A stretch of DNA of 64,000 nt from an uncultured virus (IMG/VR IMGVR_UViG_3300047554_000670) (lineage: Duplodnaviria; Heunggongvirae; Uroviricota; Caudoviricetes): the IMG/VR virus record IMGVR_UViG_3300047554_000670, one strand, 5' to 3'. A program made the position numbers and the translations under genes. The first letter of the stretch is position 1, and every line of letters starts with the position of its first letter. This document shows positions 9,501 to 17,904 of the stretch, piece after piece. The notes beneath the pieces were generated by a model that saw nothing but the letters and a program-made list of their open reading frames with translations, was not told the DNA's origin and made no database searches.

Positions 9501-11685
9501 AGGTCGTGTAGAGTCTTTTGTAGAGAATGGTGTAGAACAAGTTAGATGGGTAAGTAGATTAGATTCTAAGACATCAACATTCTGTACAAGTCTACATAAT
9601 CGAATATTCAACTTAGCTGAGATTAGAGCATTCTCTACAGCTAGAGGACTAGTTTATCCTTATTTCCCTAATACCAAACGAACATTTGATCAAGTACGAG
9701 ATGCTTCCCCTATAGGAGTGTTTTATATACCCTCAGTTCATCCATTTTGTCGTAGCTATCTAGAACCTGTACCCCCACAAGAAGAATTAACACAAGAGAA
9801 GAAGAATCTATTTAGTGCTTACCAACAAGCATTAAGTACACAATTAGCTAATAGTCAAATTAATCCTGAAACAGTTATTAATGATAAGCGATTACTTCAA
9901 TCACTAGTTGTTATGGGTGCTGTAGCAATTAATATGGGACAGAGAAGGGAACAACGAAAGAAAAAAGAACGTAAAAAGAGAATTATAGCTACAACTGGAG
10001 GAGTATTAGCTGCTGGTGTAGGTGCATATGCTTTTGCTCGTTCTAGTGTTGGTAAGAAACTTGCTGATGCTGCTAAAGAACGTTTACAAAGAGGAAGAGC
10101 AGTAATACCCGACCCACAAGAGGCTATGCAGATTGGTGATGATGTTGTAGAACAAGTTACGGGTTCAGCCCCTAACATATCATGGGGACAAAAACTTGAT
10201 GATTTAACACCCCCTAAACCCCTTGATGACCTAACACCTACGAGACCTCTAGATGATTTAACTCTACCAAAACCTGTAGATGATTTAGGTCCAGAACTTA
10301 ATTTACCTACAAAACAAGCTGATGATTTAGCTGATAGACCCGTTTTACAAATCCCTGGGCAACAAAGTCTTATTATCCTTCCTAATACAGAAGTAGGTAG
10401 AGATGTTGTAAGAAATTCTAGGGCTGTACTAAATGATACTCCCATAGAAGAAGCTATTCCTGAACTAGCTTTACCAACTAAAGATTTTAATGTTAGTCCT
10501 AAGTTAGGTCAGAATATTGAGAAGGCTGCACTTGAGCTACAAAAACAGATAGAACAAGGTCAAACTAATCTTTCTGATTCAGACCTTATTGATTTATTTG
10601 GTGTTGATTATGTTTCTACTAGATTAGGAAGAAAAGTATCAAGTACAGCCAGAGCGGGTAAGGTTAATGTTAAAGGCTTAGACTTAGCTGATTTACCAAC
10701 TTTAGCTAAATACCCATCTAGAACTTCTAGACAACTTATTAATGAACTTGTTAATAAAGCTGAATTAGAAATAGAAGAGTTAGACCATACTATTAATGCA
10801 ATTCTTGATAAAGCTTTTGCTGGTAAATTAGCAAATAATAAGAGGATTACTAGAGTTGTAGCTTTACCCCCAACTAAGAATAGTATTGGTAATAGATATG
10901 CTGTTTATCAAGCTGGTTCTGGAGTTCGTCCCACAGTAGTTAGTACTACATTAGACCAAGCTGCTCTAGACTCTTATATATCTCTTATTAGAGCTAAGAG
11001 AGAAGAATTAATTAAAGTATTATTAGATGATATTTATGATGAACAATTAACTAAACAATTTGTACCTAGAGTTAATAAACTTAAAGTTACCGCAGATAAG
11101 TTTCAACGTCTTAACGATATATCAAGTAACAAGATACGTGAGGAAGTTAATGCTTATAGTCAAGCTGGATTAGAAACTATAGCTCAACTTGACAGATTAC
11201 CCTCGTATAGAATTAAGTCACAGGATGGTCAAGGTGTATTAGACTTAACTCCTTCTACAGTTGTCGGTAGTGGTGGACAATATGGTAAGGATTATCTAGC
11301 TGTACAGAAATTACTTCCTAATAATAATCAGGTACAAGGTACGTATTTAAGATTTTTCTTTCGTGATAACCAATTAAAGGGTTTAGCTTTAAGATATAGA
11401 CTTAATATTAGAGAGGATGTTAAAGCTTTTCTAGCACAACCTAATTTAACTAGAGAACAAATTGAAAATAAGATATACGAGTTACAACTTCTTAGAGCTA
11501 ATGCTAAGGAAACTATTGAGGGTATACGAAATAGACAAAGGATTGAGTTTGATGTGTTTATGAATATTAATGTTAAAGGTAAGGATAAACTTATTGCTAG
11601 ACAACAAGCTAAATTTGATGCTAATGCCCAGTACTATCTATCAAGTATTGAGTCTGAAATCGACTATCTTATTTCTTTAATATAA
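6505..11685 (+). CDS. Giant MuF (Mu gpF / SPP1 gp7-like) minor head protein; true start probably a downstream ATG
   Basis: RILNNEITTAYNLGR...VRWVSRLDSKTSTFCTSLHNRIF...PSVHPFCRSYL signature at about aa 985-1090; directly upstream of the protease. Confidence 0.85.
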   Translation: MCYYMATKHKSQHINRIMSDILSDTHKLQEIKNKDKNKVLSLSRNVKNENRQAREAKEVGKFFDDTLFRYSNTIRAKIRQLVVNSEGKDLGIGKILSPYLKVLWYECLHEGLFSVYKTNNTNSYKSDKNKNDFNHYNNPRVIEFATIDLSGRGKSDENKPKYSERQQRILSRAQRDSVPRGVQMLAENIKDVDSLSPEIQTRILDHVQRNPGQYREGDLDLIYESFNRKNKIRLRDATKSIGEVRTTSPGKSQRMGFVPSSTKEGQRRIQNLQAERADLKTRIKSTKLTKEEAKALRDLESLSPDAQNAIRLRYLGREIDPNDPLSVALNKSEAKENTKRLKETTRELRDRGVRVGNPLAESKSPKTPKEPKGAKVRTNTRKGDVVSKGFANQEYDEIIDSWDTLSNYDRSRVIKKLEEQEAIKDILESSMSKEDKNLSLKLLLNKEAKVEDFQNFRPMEIPDSISNWIEENATRRKAYMEGYRQNLQLKVSPSGKIPEDYFTARSNTLLPKSEKATKEEIKTILANKKLTDKEKVIAIDRLTGPGKNRTVRRQVIGYIKEREGFTLDSLVNTVHTARLGEDRAYQGVNLRDRLKSLLSLSPKNIPSGSRPGTLARGTEVDIRERIRDIETYYPYLTGKYDAAQYMEARTLELSNYYEEEFKNGIKTRIAELYKNKDITPSQRKKLISEMISQVETGTQPLSKADSSLITRLRESFNKERVKPSKDQSTKLDRIEDEARKIWVRKQRIESLIAILQQPRNPSATPEEAKAYNNKKLKAVKELSAEFGIEVPRNDKGNISISGLNPSIDKFYKEMEALGITSGIKGTDFIGKYTKTKGKVKPKDVVPVDSLPPDLVEELKVRGLLRRGKGSTGYQETISQQTVNTIAKKIRTEHERTQNRYTGVNPIVVEEHKSLQEARRQYKTLQETYRTRTARGISAKKPPSLQELYIQTHRARLGRELRPDEVLSEAEMNNLDNLVVNPYQRLDRILNNEITTAYNLGRVESFVENGVEQVRWVSRLDSKTSTFCTSLHNRIFNLAEIRAFSTARGLVYPYFPNTKRTFDQVRDASPIGVFYIPSVHPFCRSYLEPVPPQEELTQEKKNLFSAYQQALSTQLANSQINPETVINDKRLLQSLVVMGAVAINMGQRREQRKKKERKKRIIATTGGVLAAGVGAYAFARSSVGKKLADAAKERLQRGRAVIPDPQEAMQIGDDVVEQVTGSAPNISWGQKLDDLTPPKPLDDLTPTRPLDDLTLPKPVDDLGPELNLPTKQADDLADRPVLQIPGQQSLIILPNTEVGRDVVRNSRAVLNDTPIEEAIPELALPTKDFNVSPKLGQNIEKAALELQKQIEQGQTNLSDSDLIDLFGVDYVSTRLGRKVSSTARAGKVNVKGLDLADLPTLAKYPSRTSRQLINELVNKAELEIEELDHTINAILDKAFAGKLANNKRITRVVALPPTKNSIGNRYAVYQAGSGVRPTVVSTTLDQAALDSYISLIRAKREELIKVLLDDIYDEQLTKQFVPRVNKLKVTADKFQRLNDISSNKIREEVNAYSQAGLETIAQLDRLPSYRIKSQDGQGVLDLTPSTVVGSGGQYGKDYLAVQKLLPNNNQVQGTYLRFFFRDNQLKGLALRYRLNIREDVKAFLAQPNLTREQIENKIYELQLLRANAKETIEGIRNRQRIEFDVFMNINVKGKDKLIARQQAKFDANAQYYLSSIESEIDYLISLI
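6512..6540 (-). promoter_or_regulatory. Near-consensus sigma70 promoter for the HU gene
   Basis: Minus strand TTGACT-17 nt-TATAAT. Confidence 0.8.
10195..10293 (+). repeat. Intragenic 27-nt / 9-aa repeat (LDDLTPxxP x about 4)
   Basis: LDDLTPPKP LDDLTPTRP LDDLTLPKP VDDLGP, with synonymously diverged codons. Confidence 0.85.
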
Positions 11686-11738
11686 AATAATTGTATGCGT
11701 TAGGTTTATGGTAATTTAGTAAAAGAGTTAAATATAAT

Positions 11739-12713
11739 ATGCTAATTAAATTTAAGAAAAGCTCAGAAGGCTTACAGCTAGCTGGTCCAGCATTAATCTT
11801 TGTAGAAGGAAATCACGTTGATAGTAAGAAACGTGCTCATTCCTTTGGTCCTGATCGTATTCGTAAGATTGTAGAAAATACGAATATGTTTATGCGAAAA
11901 GGAGGTCGTGTTCCTTTTCAATCAGACCATCAGAAAACACAACAATTTAATTTAGGTGATGTTGAAGGTGAATTTTACTGTTGTCCAATTGACGAAAGTA
12001 ATCTCCCTGACCCTAAGTACAAGCATTTAATTGGTAAGTTGGGCGTATTTGTAGATCGTCTAGTAGCTAAAGGTACAGATGCTGTCAAAGCAATTAAGGA
12101 GGGAAAGATTCGTACTTTATCTCCCGGTATTGACCCTGTGACAGAAGCTTTTGTAGAAGTATCCGCTACTCCAATTCCCGCTATTATTGGCCCTAGTATT
12201 ATGTTCAGTAGAGATGGAACTGATTACGAAGCTGATAATATTTTGTTGTTCGAGTCATCTTCTCTAAATCCTCGTCCTAGCGCGAGTTATGAAGGTGATG
12301 ATGAGGATGATTATCAAGGTAATATCTCTCCCGCTATGAGTCGTAAAACTAAAGTGTTCTCTATGGAGGAAGCTTTAGGACGTAGTGAGAATATTAAGCA
12401 GATTAAGACCAAGTATGATGAGTTATCTGAAGCTCTTTATCGTGTTCTTTGTTCTTATTATTCTGCTGAGGAGGAAGAGTTACAAGGTAGAGACCCTGTA
12501 AAAGAAAGTTATAACAATATTGAATATTTTGTTAAAGAAATTGAAGGTTTGTTTGAGCTTACTTTTAAGGAAGAAGAACAACAAGAAGATGCAGAAATGC
12601 CTGAATCTCCTGGGGCCAAAGCATCACAACAACCTCAAGCTAATTATTCTCGTTATGATGGTTTGAGCTATAATCCAAATAGATTGTTTAGACGACGCAA
12701 ATATGACTATTGA
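11739..12713 (+). CDS. Prohead protease (Mu gpI / P2 gpO-like)
   Basis: VPFQSDH...GDV...IKEGKIRTLSPGID...EVSATPIPAI pattern; position upstream of scaffold and capsid genes. Confidence 0.75.
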   Translation: MLIKFKKSSEGLQLAGPALIFVEGNHVDSKKRAHSFGPDRIRKIVENTNMFMRKGGRVPFQSDHQKTQQFNLGDVEGEFYCCPIDESNLPDPKYKHLIGKLGVFVDRLVAKGTDAVKAIKEGKIRTLSPGIDPVTEAFVEVSATPIPAIIGPSIMFSRDGTDYEADNILLFESSSLNPRPSASYEGDDEDDYQGNISPAMSRKTKVFSMEEALGRSENIKQIKTKYDELSEALYRVLCSYYSAEEEELQGRDPVKESYNNIEYFVKEIEGLFELTFKEEEQQEDAEMPESPGAKASQQPQANYSRYDGLSYNPNRLFRRRKYDY

Positions 12714-13590
12714 TTTTTATACCGGCCCTTACCAAGAGCTAGTTACGTTTAGTACCGCTGTAGCTGAAGCGCCTTTCGCTTCCGAACTACTGTCCAAACT
12801 CGAAGAAGAGTATGAGACTATTGATGAAGCCATTGAGGACTTGGTTGAAGGTTTTAATGCTGCTGGTTTCGATGCTACGGAAGAAGATGTTCTGGAAATG
12901 TTGACCGAGCAAATTCCGATTTCGGCTGAAGCTCTTGAAGTTCTTGCAGAATACTACATTGATGAAGATGGTGAAGCTGACGAAGTTGGCTACGAACGTC
13001 TTGTTAATGCCGCTGTAGCTTCTCATCAAGCCTTCATTGAAGATGATGAAGATGAAGACGACGAAGAAGATGAAGACCCTTATACTACTTATGATGAAGA
13101 TGAACTCTACGATGACCTTGATGAAGAATTCGAGGTTGAGGATGAGTATGATGAGTACGATGAGGATGACCTGATTGATGAAGAAGAAGCTGAAGAATTT
13201 AACGCTGCGTATGAGCGTGTTCTTGAGTTTAGTCATCAACAAGAGATTAGTTCTCATCTGAATGACCTCATGGAATATGCGGCTCATCTTGTAGAAGAAC
13301 AGCGTCTTGCTCCTATTGCCTTCCAATGGATGTTTGGTCAAGATGATGGTCAACGGGCTATTAACTTTAGTGCAGCTTCTGAAAGCCTTGGTATTGATGA
13401 TGTAACTCATCTTCAAGCTATCGAATATGCTCTGAATCTGTTTGACTCCATTGGTGAACTTACTAATCGTGCAGGATATCGTAGTCCTTTGAATTTCTCG
13501 TCTATCGCGATGGAAGACATTGCCCCTGATACGGCGGATGAGCAAGTTGACTCTTTGGCTGCGGGTATCTTTCGTGGGCTAAATTCATAA
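12703..13590 (+). CDS. Highly acidic scaffolding/core protein
   Basis: D/E-rich, lies between protease and capsid genes, carries repeated xF|S motifs (VTFS, LEFS, INFS, LNFS). Confidence 0.65.
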   Translation: MTIDFYTGPYQELVTFSTAVAEAPFASELLSKLEEEYETIDEAIEDLVEGFNAAGFDATEEDVLEMLTEQIPISAEALEVLAEYYIDEDGEADEVGYERLVNAAVASHQAFIEDDEDEDDEEDEDPYTTYDEDELYDDLDEEFEVEDEYDEYDEDDLIDEEEAEEFNAAYERVLEFSHQQEISSHLNDLMEYAAHLVEEQRLAPIAFQWMFGQDDGQRAINFSAASESLGIDDVTHLQAIEYALNLFDSIGELTNRAGYRSPLNFSSIAMEDIAPDTADEQVDSLAAGIFRGLNS

Positions 13591-13613
13591 CCTAAACCCA
13601 TACCCTATAAACT

Positions 13614-13662
13614 CTCTACCATACCAGGGTCTGTATATTCTATAGAATTTGATATGGTAGGG
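13614..13662 (+). promoter_or_regulatory. Long intergenic RNA hairpin (about 20 bp with G-U pairs)
   Basis: CTACCATACCAGGGTCTGTA pairs with TATAGAATTTGATATGGTAG with 2 mismatches. Confidence 0.5.
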
Positions 13663-13685
13663 TATCCACTCATTTAATCATTCCT

Positions 13686-14546
13686 ATGTCATACGTATAT
13701 TACAAAAATCCGTACAATGTTGACAAAGCTGTATTCAAGAATAGCTCTCAACTTCATGCTTCTGTCTCTGTTCTTATCACCCGTTCTGCTATTAGCCGCA
13801 GTCCTCTAGGTCGTTATGTTATTCCCGCTGGAGTAGTCCTTGCAAGTGTTAATGGTGAAGACCGTCCTCTGCCTCGTGATTATGTAACCGCTGCTGCAAC
13901 CACCAGTGACACCGAACTGTTTGTCACCTACCCTCAGTTGTTCAAAGCTGGGGATACTCTTTATCATCAAGAATCCACCAACACTATTACTATTGGGGGA
14001 ACTTGGGTTGCTGGAGATGTTATCACCGTTCAAATTGGTAGCTATTTCCTAAGCTTTACTGTTACTCAAACTACGGCTGCCGCTGTTGCTACTGAACTCA
14101 ACACCTACATTAACTCCCATTGGATTACTCAGAATCTGAATCTGCGTTCTGGTGTTTCTGGTGCTGTAGTTACCCTTTATACCACGGGTGATGTTGGTAC
14201 TCTTACTGTTAGTGAGAATAGCACTGCTGGTACGGTTGCTGCTGGAGCTTCTACCTTCAACCTGACCTATCCTCTGATTGGAACCATTTCTTATGTGGAT
14301 TCCGACAATAGCAAGTTGGTCCTAACTGCTGCTTCTGCAATTAACGTTCCTGATGGAGCTGCTATTGGCCCTCGTGTTCAACACATGTACGGTCTGATTG
14401 CTTCCAGCATTGACCTTGATGATGTTCGTCAAAGTGAAATTCTTGGGGCTTACGAAAAAGGAGACGTTTATCGCGTAGGTTTGGTCTATTGGGATAATCT
14501 TCTGGCCGCTCGTTTCCCTGAACTTAACGTCTACAGTGGAACCTAA
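13686..14546 (+). CDS. Head decoration/cement protein with inserted beta-rich domain
   Basis: Directly upstream of the MCP; YVIPAGVVLA...YGLI...GDVY decoration-like pattern. Confidence 0.65.
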   Translation: MSYVYYKNPYNVDKAVFKNSSQLHASVSVLITRSAISRSPLGRYVIPAGVVLASVNGEDRPLPRDYVTAAATTSDTELFVTYPQLFKAGDTLYHQESTNTITIGGTWVAGDVITVQIGSYFLSFTVTQTTAAAVATELNTYINSHWITQNLNLRSGVSGAVVTLYTTGDVGTLTVSENSTAGTVAAGASTFNLTYPLIGTISYVDSDNSKLVLTAASAINVPDGAAIGPRVQHMYGLIASSIDLDDVRQSEILGAYEKGDVYRVGLVYWDNLLAARFPELNVYSGT

Positions 14547-14557
14547 ATAACACTCAT

Positions 14558-14605
14558 AAAATACGAGATATGATGTAGATAAAGATATATCATATCTCGT
14601 ATTTT
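14558..14605 (+). promoter_or_regulatory. Perfect 17-bp inverted repeat upstream of the MCP
   Basis: AAAATACGAGATATGAT-14 nt-ATCATATCTCGTATTTT. Confidence 0.7.
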
Positions 14606-14629
14606 CCCTCATCTATAGAATCTAAAATT

Positions 14630-15739
14630 ATGTCTTATATTTCTTCTTTCCTTTCACAAGCACAGAACAATAAAGTAGCAGATATGGTTATTGAAACCAC
14701 TCTGGCTAACCTTACTCACCGTTCCAATTTGTTGGATTCGTTCTGTCCGTTCAAGACTTATACCTCTACCAAATTTCTTTCGTACATCTTCGATAGAATT
14801 AATCCCGTAGCTTCCGTTATCGCATACGGTACTGAAGCTCCTGCAACTCGTCAAGGTACGTTTACTCCGGTTGCGATGGAACTCATCAAAACTGGTATTC
14901 AGTACGTCTATGATGAGAAAACCATGTGGGATATGAAACATGCCATGGAAGAAGCTAATCTGAAGAATATTCAGGTGTCTGATGTTGTTGGTCCTCGTGG
15001 TCAATATATTCAGGGTAGCAATAATGACTTGGCTAAATTCCTCTTTGGTACGATTGAACAAGTTGCACGAGCGCAAGTCGAACTGTTGGATGTTCTGACT
15101 TGGCAAGTTCTGCAAACAGGGCAGATTAATCGTACTGACCCTCGTACCGGCGTAACTCTGAGTATGGATTATCGTAATCCCCACGATACTACATATAACC
15201 ATTTTCCGGCTGCTCTTACTGGTGGTGCGCGTTGGGACCAATTGGCTACGGCTAATGGTATTCAGGATTTGTTCAATGCAGTAGATACGTTCTCCGATAC
15301 CAATGGTTTTGCTCCTGAGAAGATTGTTATGTCTCGCAAAACTTATAACAACCTGCTTCAACAACAATCCACTAAGGATGCAGTTAGTTCTGCTACTGTA
15401 ACTCAAGTGGGTACGGCATCTCCTGAACAACTTGACTTGGTGCTTGATCGTCGCGGTATTCCCCCGATCATCCGCTTTGACGAGATGTTCCAAAATCCTC
15501 TGATTGATGCAACTGTAACCAAGACTCGTTTCCTTAATGACGACCGCTTTGTATTCCTGTGTGAAAACATGGGTCAACGTGCAATGGGTCCGACTCTGGA
15601 AAATGATGGTCAAACGGGTATCTATGTGGTGACGAAAGAAATTAAGAGTCATCCTCCCGTAGATGCAACTATCGGTATTGCATCTATCATCCCTGTGTTT
15701 GCTGATCCTAAACTTCTGTTCAGCCAGCAAGTCAAATAA
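14630..15739 (+). CDS. Major capsid protein (lambda gpE-like, HK97 fold)
   Basis: 369 aa; PVASVIAYGTEAP, WQVLQTGQI, W.....A.GIQDL, P.KIVMS and C-terminal IPVFADP motifs; strong codon bias. Confidence 0.9.
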   Translation: MSYISSFLSQAQNNKVADMVIETTLANLTHRSNLLDSFCPFKTYTSTKFLSYIFDRINPVASVIAYGTEAPATRQGTFTPVAMELIKTGIQYVYDEKTMWDMKHAMEEANLKNIQVSDVVGPRGQYIQGSNNDLAKFLFGTIEQVARAQVELLDVLTWQVLQTGQINRTDPRTGVTLSMDYRNPHDTTYNHFPAALTGGARWDQLATANGIQDLFNAVDTFSDTNGFAPEKIVMSRKTYNNLLQQQSTKDAVSSATVTQVGTASPEQLDLVLDRRGIPPIIRFDEMFQNPLIDATVTKTRFLNDDRFVFLCENMGQRAMGPTLENDGQTGIYVVTKEIKSHPPVDATIGIASIIPVFADPKLLFSQQVK

Positions 15740-15785
15740 TATACATATACGTATATCTCTATTTGATAGTGTGTACAGTTATATA

Positions 15786-15815
15786 AGCCAAGGTCTATAA
15801 GGTCTTGGCTTTTCT
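15786..15815 (+). terminator. Intrinsic terminator after the MCP
   Basis: AAGCCAAG...CTTGGCTT stem followed by T-rich tract. Confidence 0.75.
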
Positions 15816-15873
15816 CTTGATGTAAGTCAAATCTGTTATGCTATAAAATAAACACATTAGTATACAGTTTTGA

Positions 15874-16329
15874 ATGATTATGGCTAAAGTATTTTTGAAG
15901 AAAGATTATATCTCTAAAGGAGGTAATTTCTATGGTGCAGGATATTATGAACAAGAGTCTTTACCTGAAGTAATTAGAGATAATTCTGATTACATTAAGA
16001 TTACTGAAGTAGTTGTATCTAAGGAGCCTCTAGTAGAAAACGGTATTCGTACTATTACTTCTGATGATGGTCCTCGTACTCGTGAGATTAAGCCTATTAT
16101 TGGTGAACCAGTAAAGAGTGATATTGTTAAGGAAGAACCATTTATTAATATTAATGTTGCTTCCGAAGTAGAACTAAGTAGTCTTAAAGGTATTGGACGT
16201 TCTACAGCTAAGAAAGTAATTGAACTTCGTGAAGTTTCTCCCTTCGTTAGCTTTAGTGATTTAGAAGAGAGAGTAGGATTATGGGGTGGAAGAACTTGGG
16301 ATAGTTATAACATTAAGTTTGAATCCTAA
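15874..16329 (+). CDS. Protein with C-terminal helix-hairpin-helix (ComEA-like) DNA-binding domain
   Basis: ININVASEVELSSLKGIGRSTAKKVIELR...FVSFSDL. Confidence 0.85.
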   Translation: MIMAKVFLKKDYISKGGNFYGAGYYEQESLPEVIRDNSDYIKITEVVVSKEPLVENGIRTITSDDGPRTREIKPIIGEPVKSDIVKEEPFININVASEVELSSLKGIGRSTAKKVIELREVSPFVSFSDLEERVGLWGGRTWDSYNIKFES

Positions 16330-16383
16330 CCATCTAATATCAAATTTGAATCCTAACTATAAGGTATTAAATTTGAGTTCTAA
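16306..16383 (+). repeat. 3'-end echo array x3, 27-nt period (NIKFES*, NIKFES*, GIKFEF*)
   Basis: aac att aag ttt gaa tcc taa / aat atc aaa ttt gaa tcc taa / ggt att aaa ttt gag ttc taa. Confidence 0.9.
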
Positions 16384-16402
16384 TAATTAAGGAATTTATA
16401 AT

Positions 16403-16726
16403 ATGACCTATTCTTGGCTAAAGTTTTCTTTCGTTAATCAAACGCAAGGTGATTCTTTCCCTCTTAACTCCCCTCTTATCTATTGTATTGTTGAAAATCC
16501 AAATAATACAGTAACAACTCTTGATATACAAGTTCAGCCTGATAAAGATACCCCTAATTACTGGGTAACACTTAAGACTATTGATATTGATGGTACAGCT
16601 AATCAGGTTATTAATTCTGATACCTTAGCTGATATTTCAGGTGCTGTAGGTCCAGCTAGTGTTTTTAGGTTTGTATTTGCTAATAGCATTACCGCAACCC
16701 TCTATTTCAACGCCTATAGATATTAA
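16403..16726 (+). CDS. Hypothetical virion protein
   Basis: 107-aa beta-rich ORF with AAGGA RBS. Confidence 0.7.
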   Translation: MTYSWLKFSFVNQTQGDSFPLNSPLIYCIVENPNNTVTTLDIQVQPDKDTPNYWVTLKTIDIDGTANQVINSDTLADISGAVGPASVFRFVFANSITATLYFNAYRY

Positions 16727-16798
16727 TATTTTAATGCTTATAGATATTAGTATTTTAATGCTTATCAATATTAGTATAATAACGCTTATTGTTATTAG
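16703..16798 (+). repeat. 3'-end echo array x4, 24-nt period (YFNAYRY*, YFNAYRY*, YFNAYQY*, YNNAYCY*)
   Basis: Exact 24-nt register; the first echo differs only at third codon positions. Confidence 0.95.
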
Positions 16799-16834
16799 AT
16801 TGGTCTAGGTAAGTTTATATTTTAATTTTGTAAG

Positions 16835-16951
16835 ATGAGAGCACTTAATTTAGCCTTAAAGGTCTTAGGCTTAAGAAAACAAATACAGACCGACACTATT
16901 AACGGTAGTGGCATATTTATTAATATGGACCCTGTTATTTTAGGACCATGA
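16835..16951 (+). CDS. Small hypothetical protein (38 aa, not in the ORF track)
   Basis: MRALNLALKVLGLRKQ...ILGP*; ATGA overlap with the next gene. Confidence 0.55.
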   Translation: MRALNLALKVLGLRKQIQTDTINGSGIFINMDPVILGP

Positions 16952-17904
16952 CAAATTACACAACTTCAACACCACGAACAACTAATTCGGCTGATGTATA
17001 TGGCTTACTTGGAGTAGGAACATCAAATACAGGAGTACTGTTGGATGTTAACTCTCTTCCTCTATTTAGTATTACCAGTACTGATATAAATAATTGGGAT
17101 GCAGCACTTCAGTCATCTGCAATCGGAACTACCGTACAGGCTTATGACTCAAACCTAACTACTTTCTTAGCAGCCCATAACCTACCTACGACTCCGATTA
17201 ACAACCAGTACCTTAGGACAAACGCTTCAGGGGTTATCACTTGGGCTTCGGCAATTAACAGCCTCACTTTCACGGCCCCTACTGGGTTCGCCGTGACTGG
17301 TTCTCCAGTCACAACCGGGACTGGTACTATTGGGCTGGGTTTTGCGTCAGGATACTCCCTGCCTACCACAACAAAACAGACGGAATGGGATACCGCATTT
17401 ACGAATCGGATTAATTTTGTCCAGTCCGCAATCCCCACGGCAACAGCCGTAAACCAACTTTGGTACAGACCAGGGGAAGGTTTATACTTTTGGAACAACC
17501 TGTTTTGGGTTAGCCTAGAGTTACTGGAAAAAGAGTTTCTGCCGATCGAGGCAACAAATAACTATACCGCCACTACTGGCTATATACAAGATGGGTTTAT
17601 TCCGGCTAATTCCTACCTTGTCGATGCTGTACTGAATTTCTACTACACAGCAGGAGATTCGTCAAACTACTTTACTTTCAGTGGTAATTTGGCTAGCGCT
17701 GGCGCTGGAGGGTACGTTTCTTTCTCAGGCATTGAAACTCGAAACTACCCTATAACAGACAGCGTGGAAGTTATCATTCCAATTAACACACGTATAACGG
17801 TCAACAGAGCCACTGCTTGCAGACTGACGTTAAATATGACAGAGACGGGAACTAGCAGCATCTATGTTGGTTTTGTCGTCAGATATCGGAGAATTGCCGC
17901 ATGA
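16948..17904 (+). CDS. Fibre-like structural protein (head or tail fibre)
   Basis: IGTTVQAYD, YLRTNASGVITW and GFAVTGSPVTTGTGTI fibre-shaft motifs; higher-GC distal half. Confidence 0.65.
   Translation: MTNYTTSTPRTTNSADVYGLLGVGTSNTGVLLDVNSLPLFSITSTDINNWDAALQSSAIGTTVQAYDSNLTTFLAAHNLPTTPINNQYLRTNASGVITWASAINSLTFTAPTGFAVTGSPVTTGTGTIGLGFASGYSLPTTTKQTEWDTAFTNRINFVQSAIPTATAVNQLWYRPGEGLYFWNNLFWVSLELLEKEFLPIEATNNYTATTGYIQDGFIPANSYLVDAVLNFYYTAGDSSNYFTFSGNLASAGAGGYVSFSGIETRNYPITDSVEVIIPINTRITVNRATACRLTLNMTETGTSSIYVGFVVRYRRIAA

Noticed and set aside
9897..10445. 182-aa antisense ORF and other short overlapping ORFs in the track
   Set aside because: Shadows of longer, motif-bearing genes, without RBS or recognisable features
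13030..13200. GATGAA-rich low-complexity tract
   Set aside because: Simply encodes the Asp/Glu-rich part of the scaffold
14654..15730. 358-aa antisense ORF over the MCP (also 12787..13545 and 31040..31726)
   Set aside because: In exact codon register with highly biased sense genes; explained by absence of TTA/CTA/TCA codons, and the translations are not protein-like
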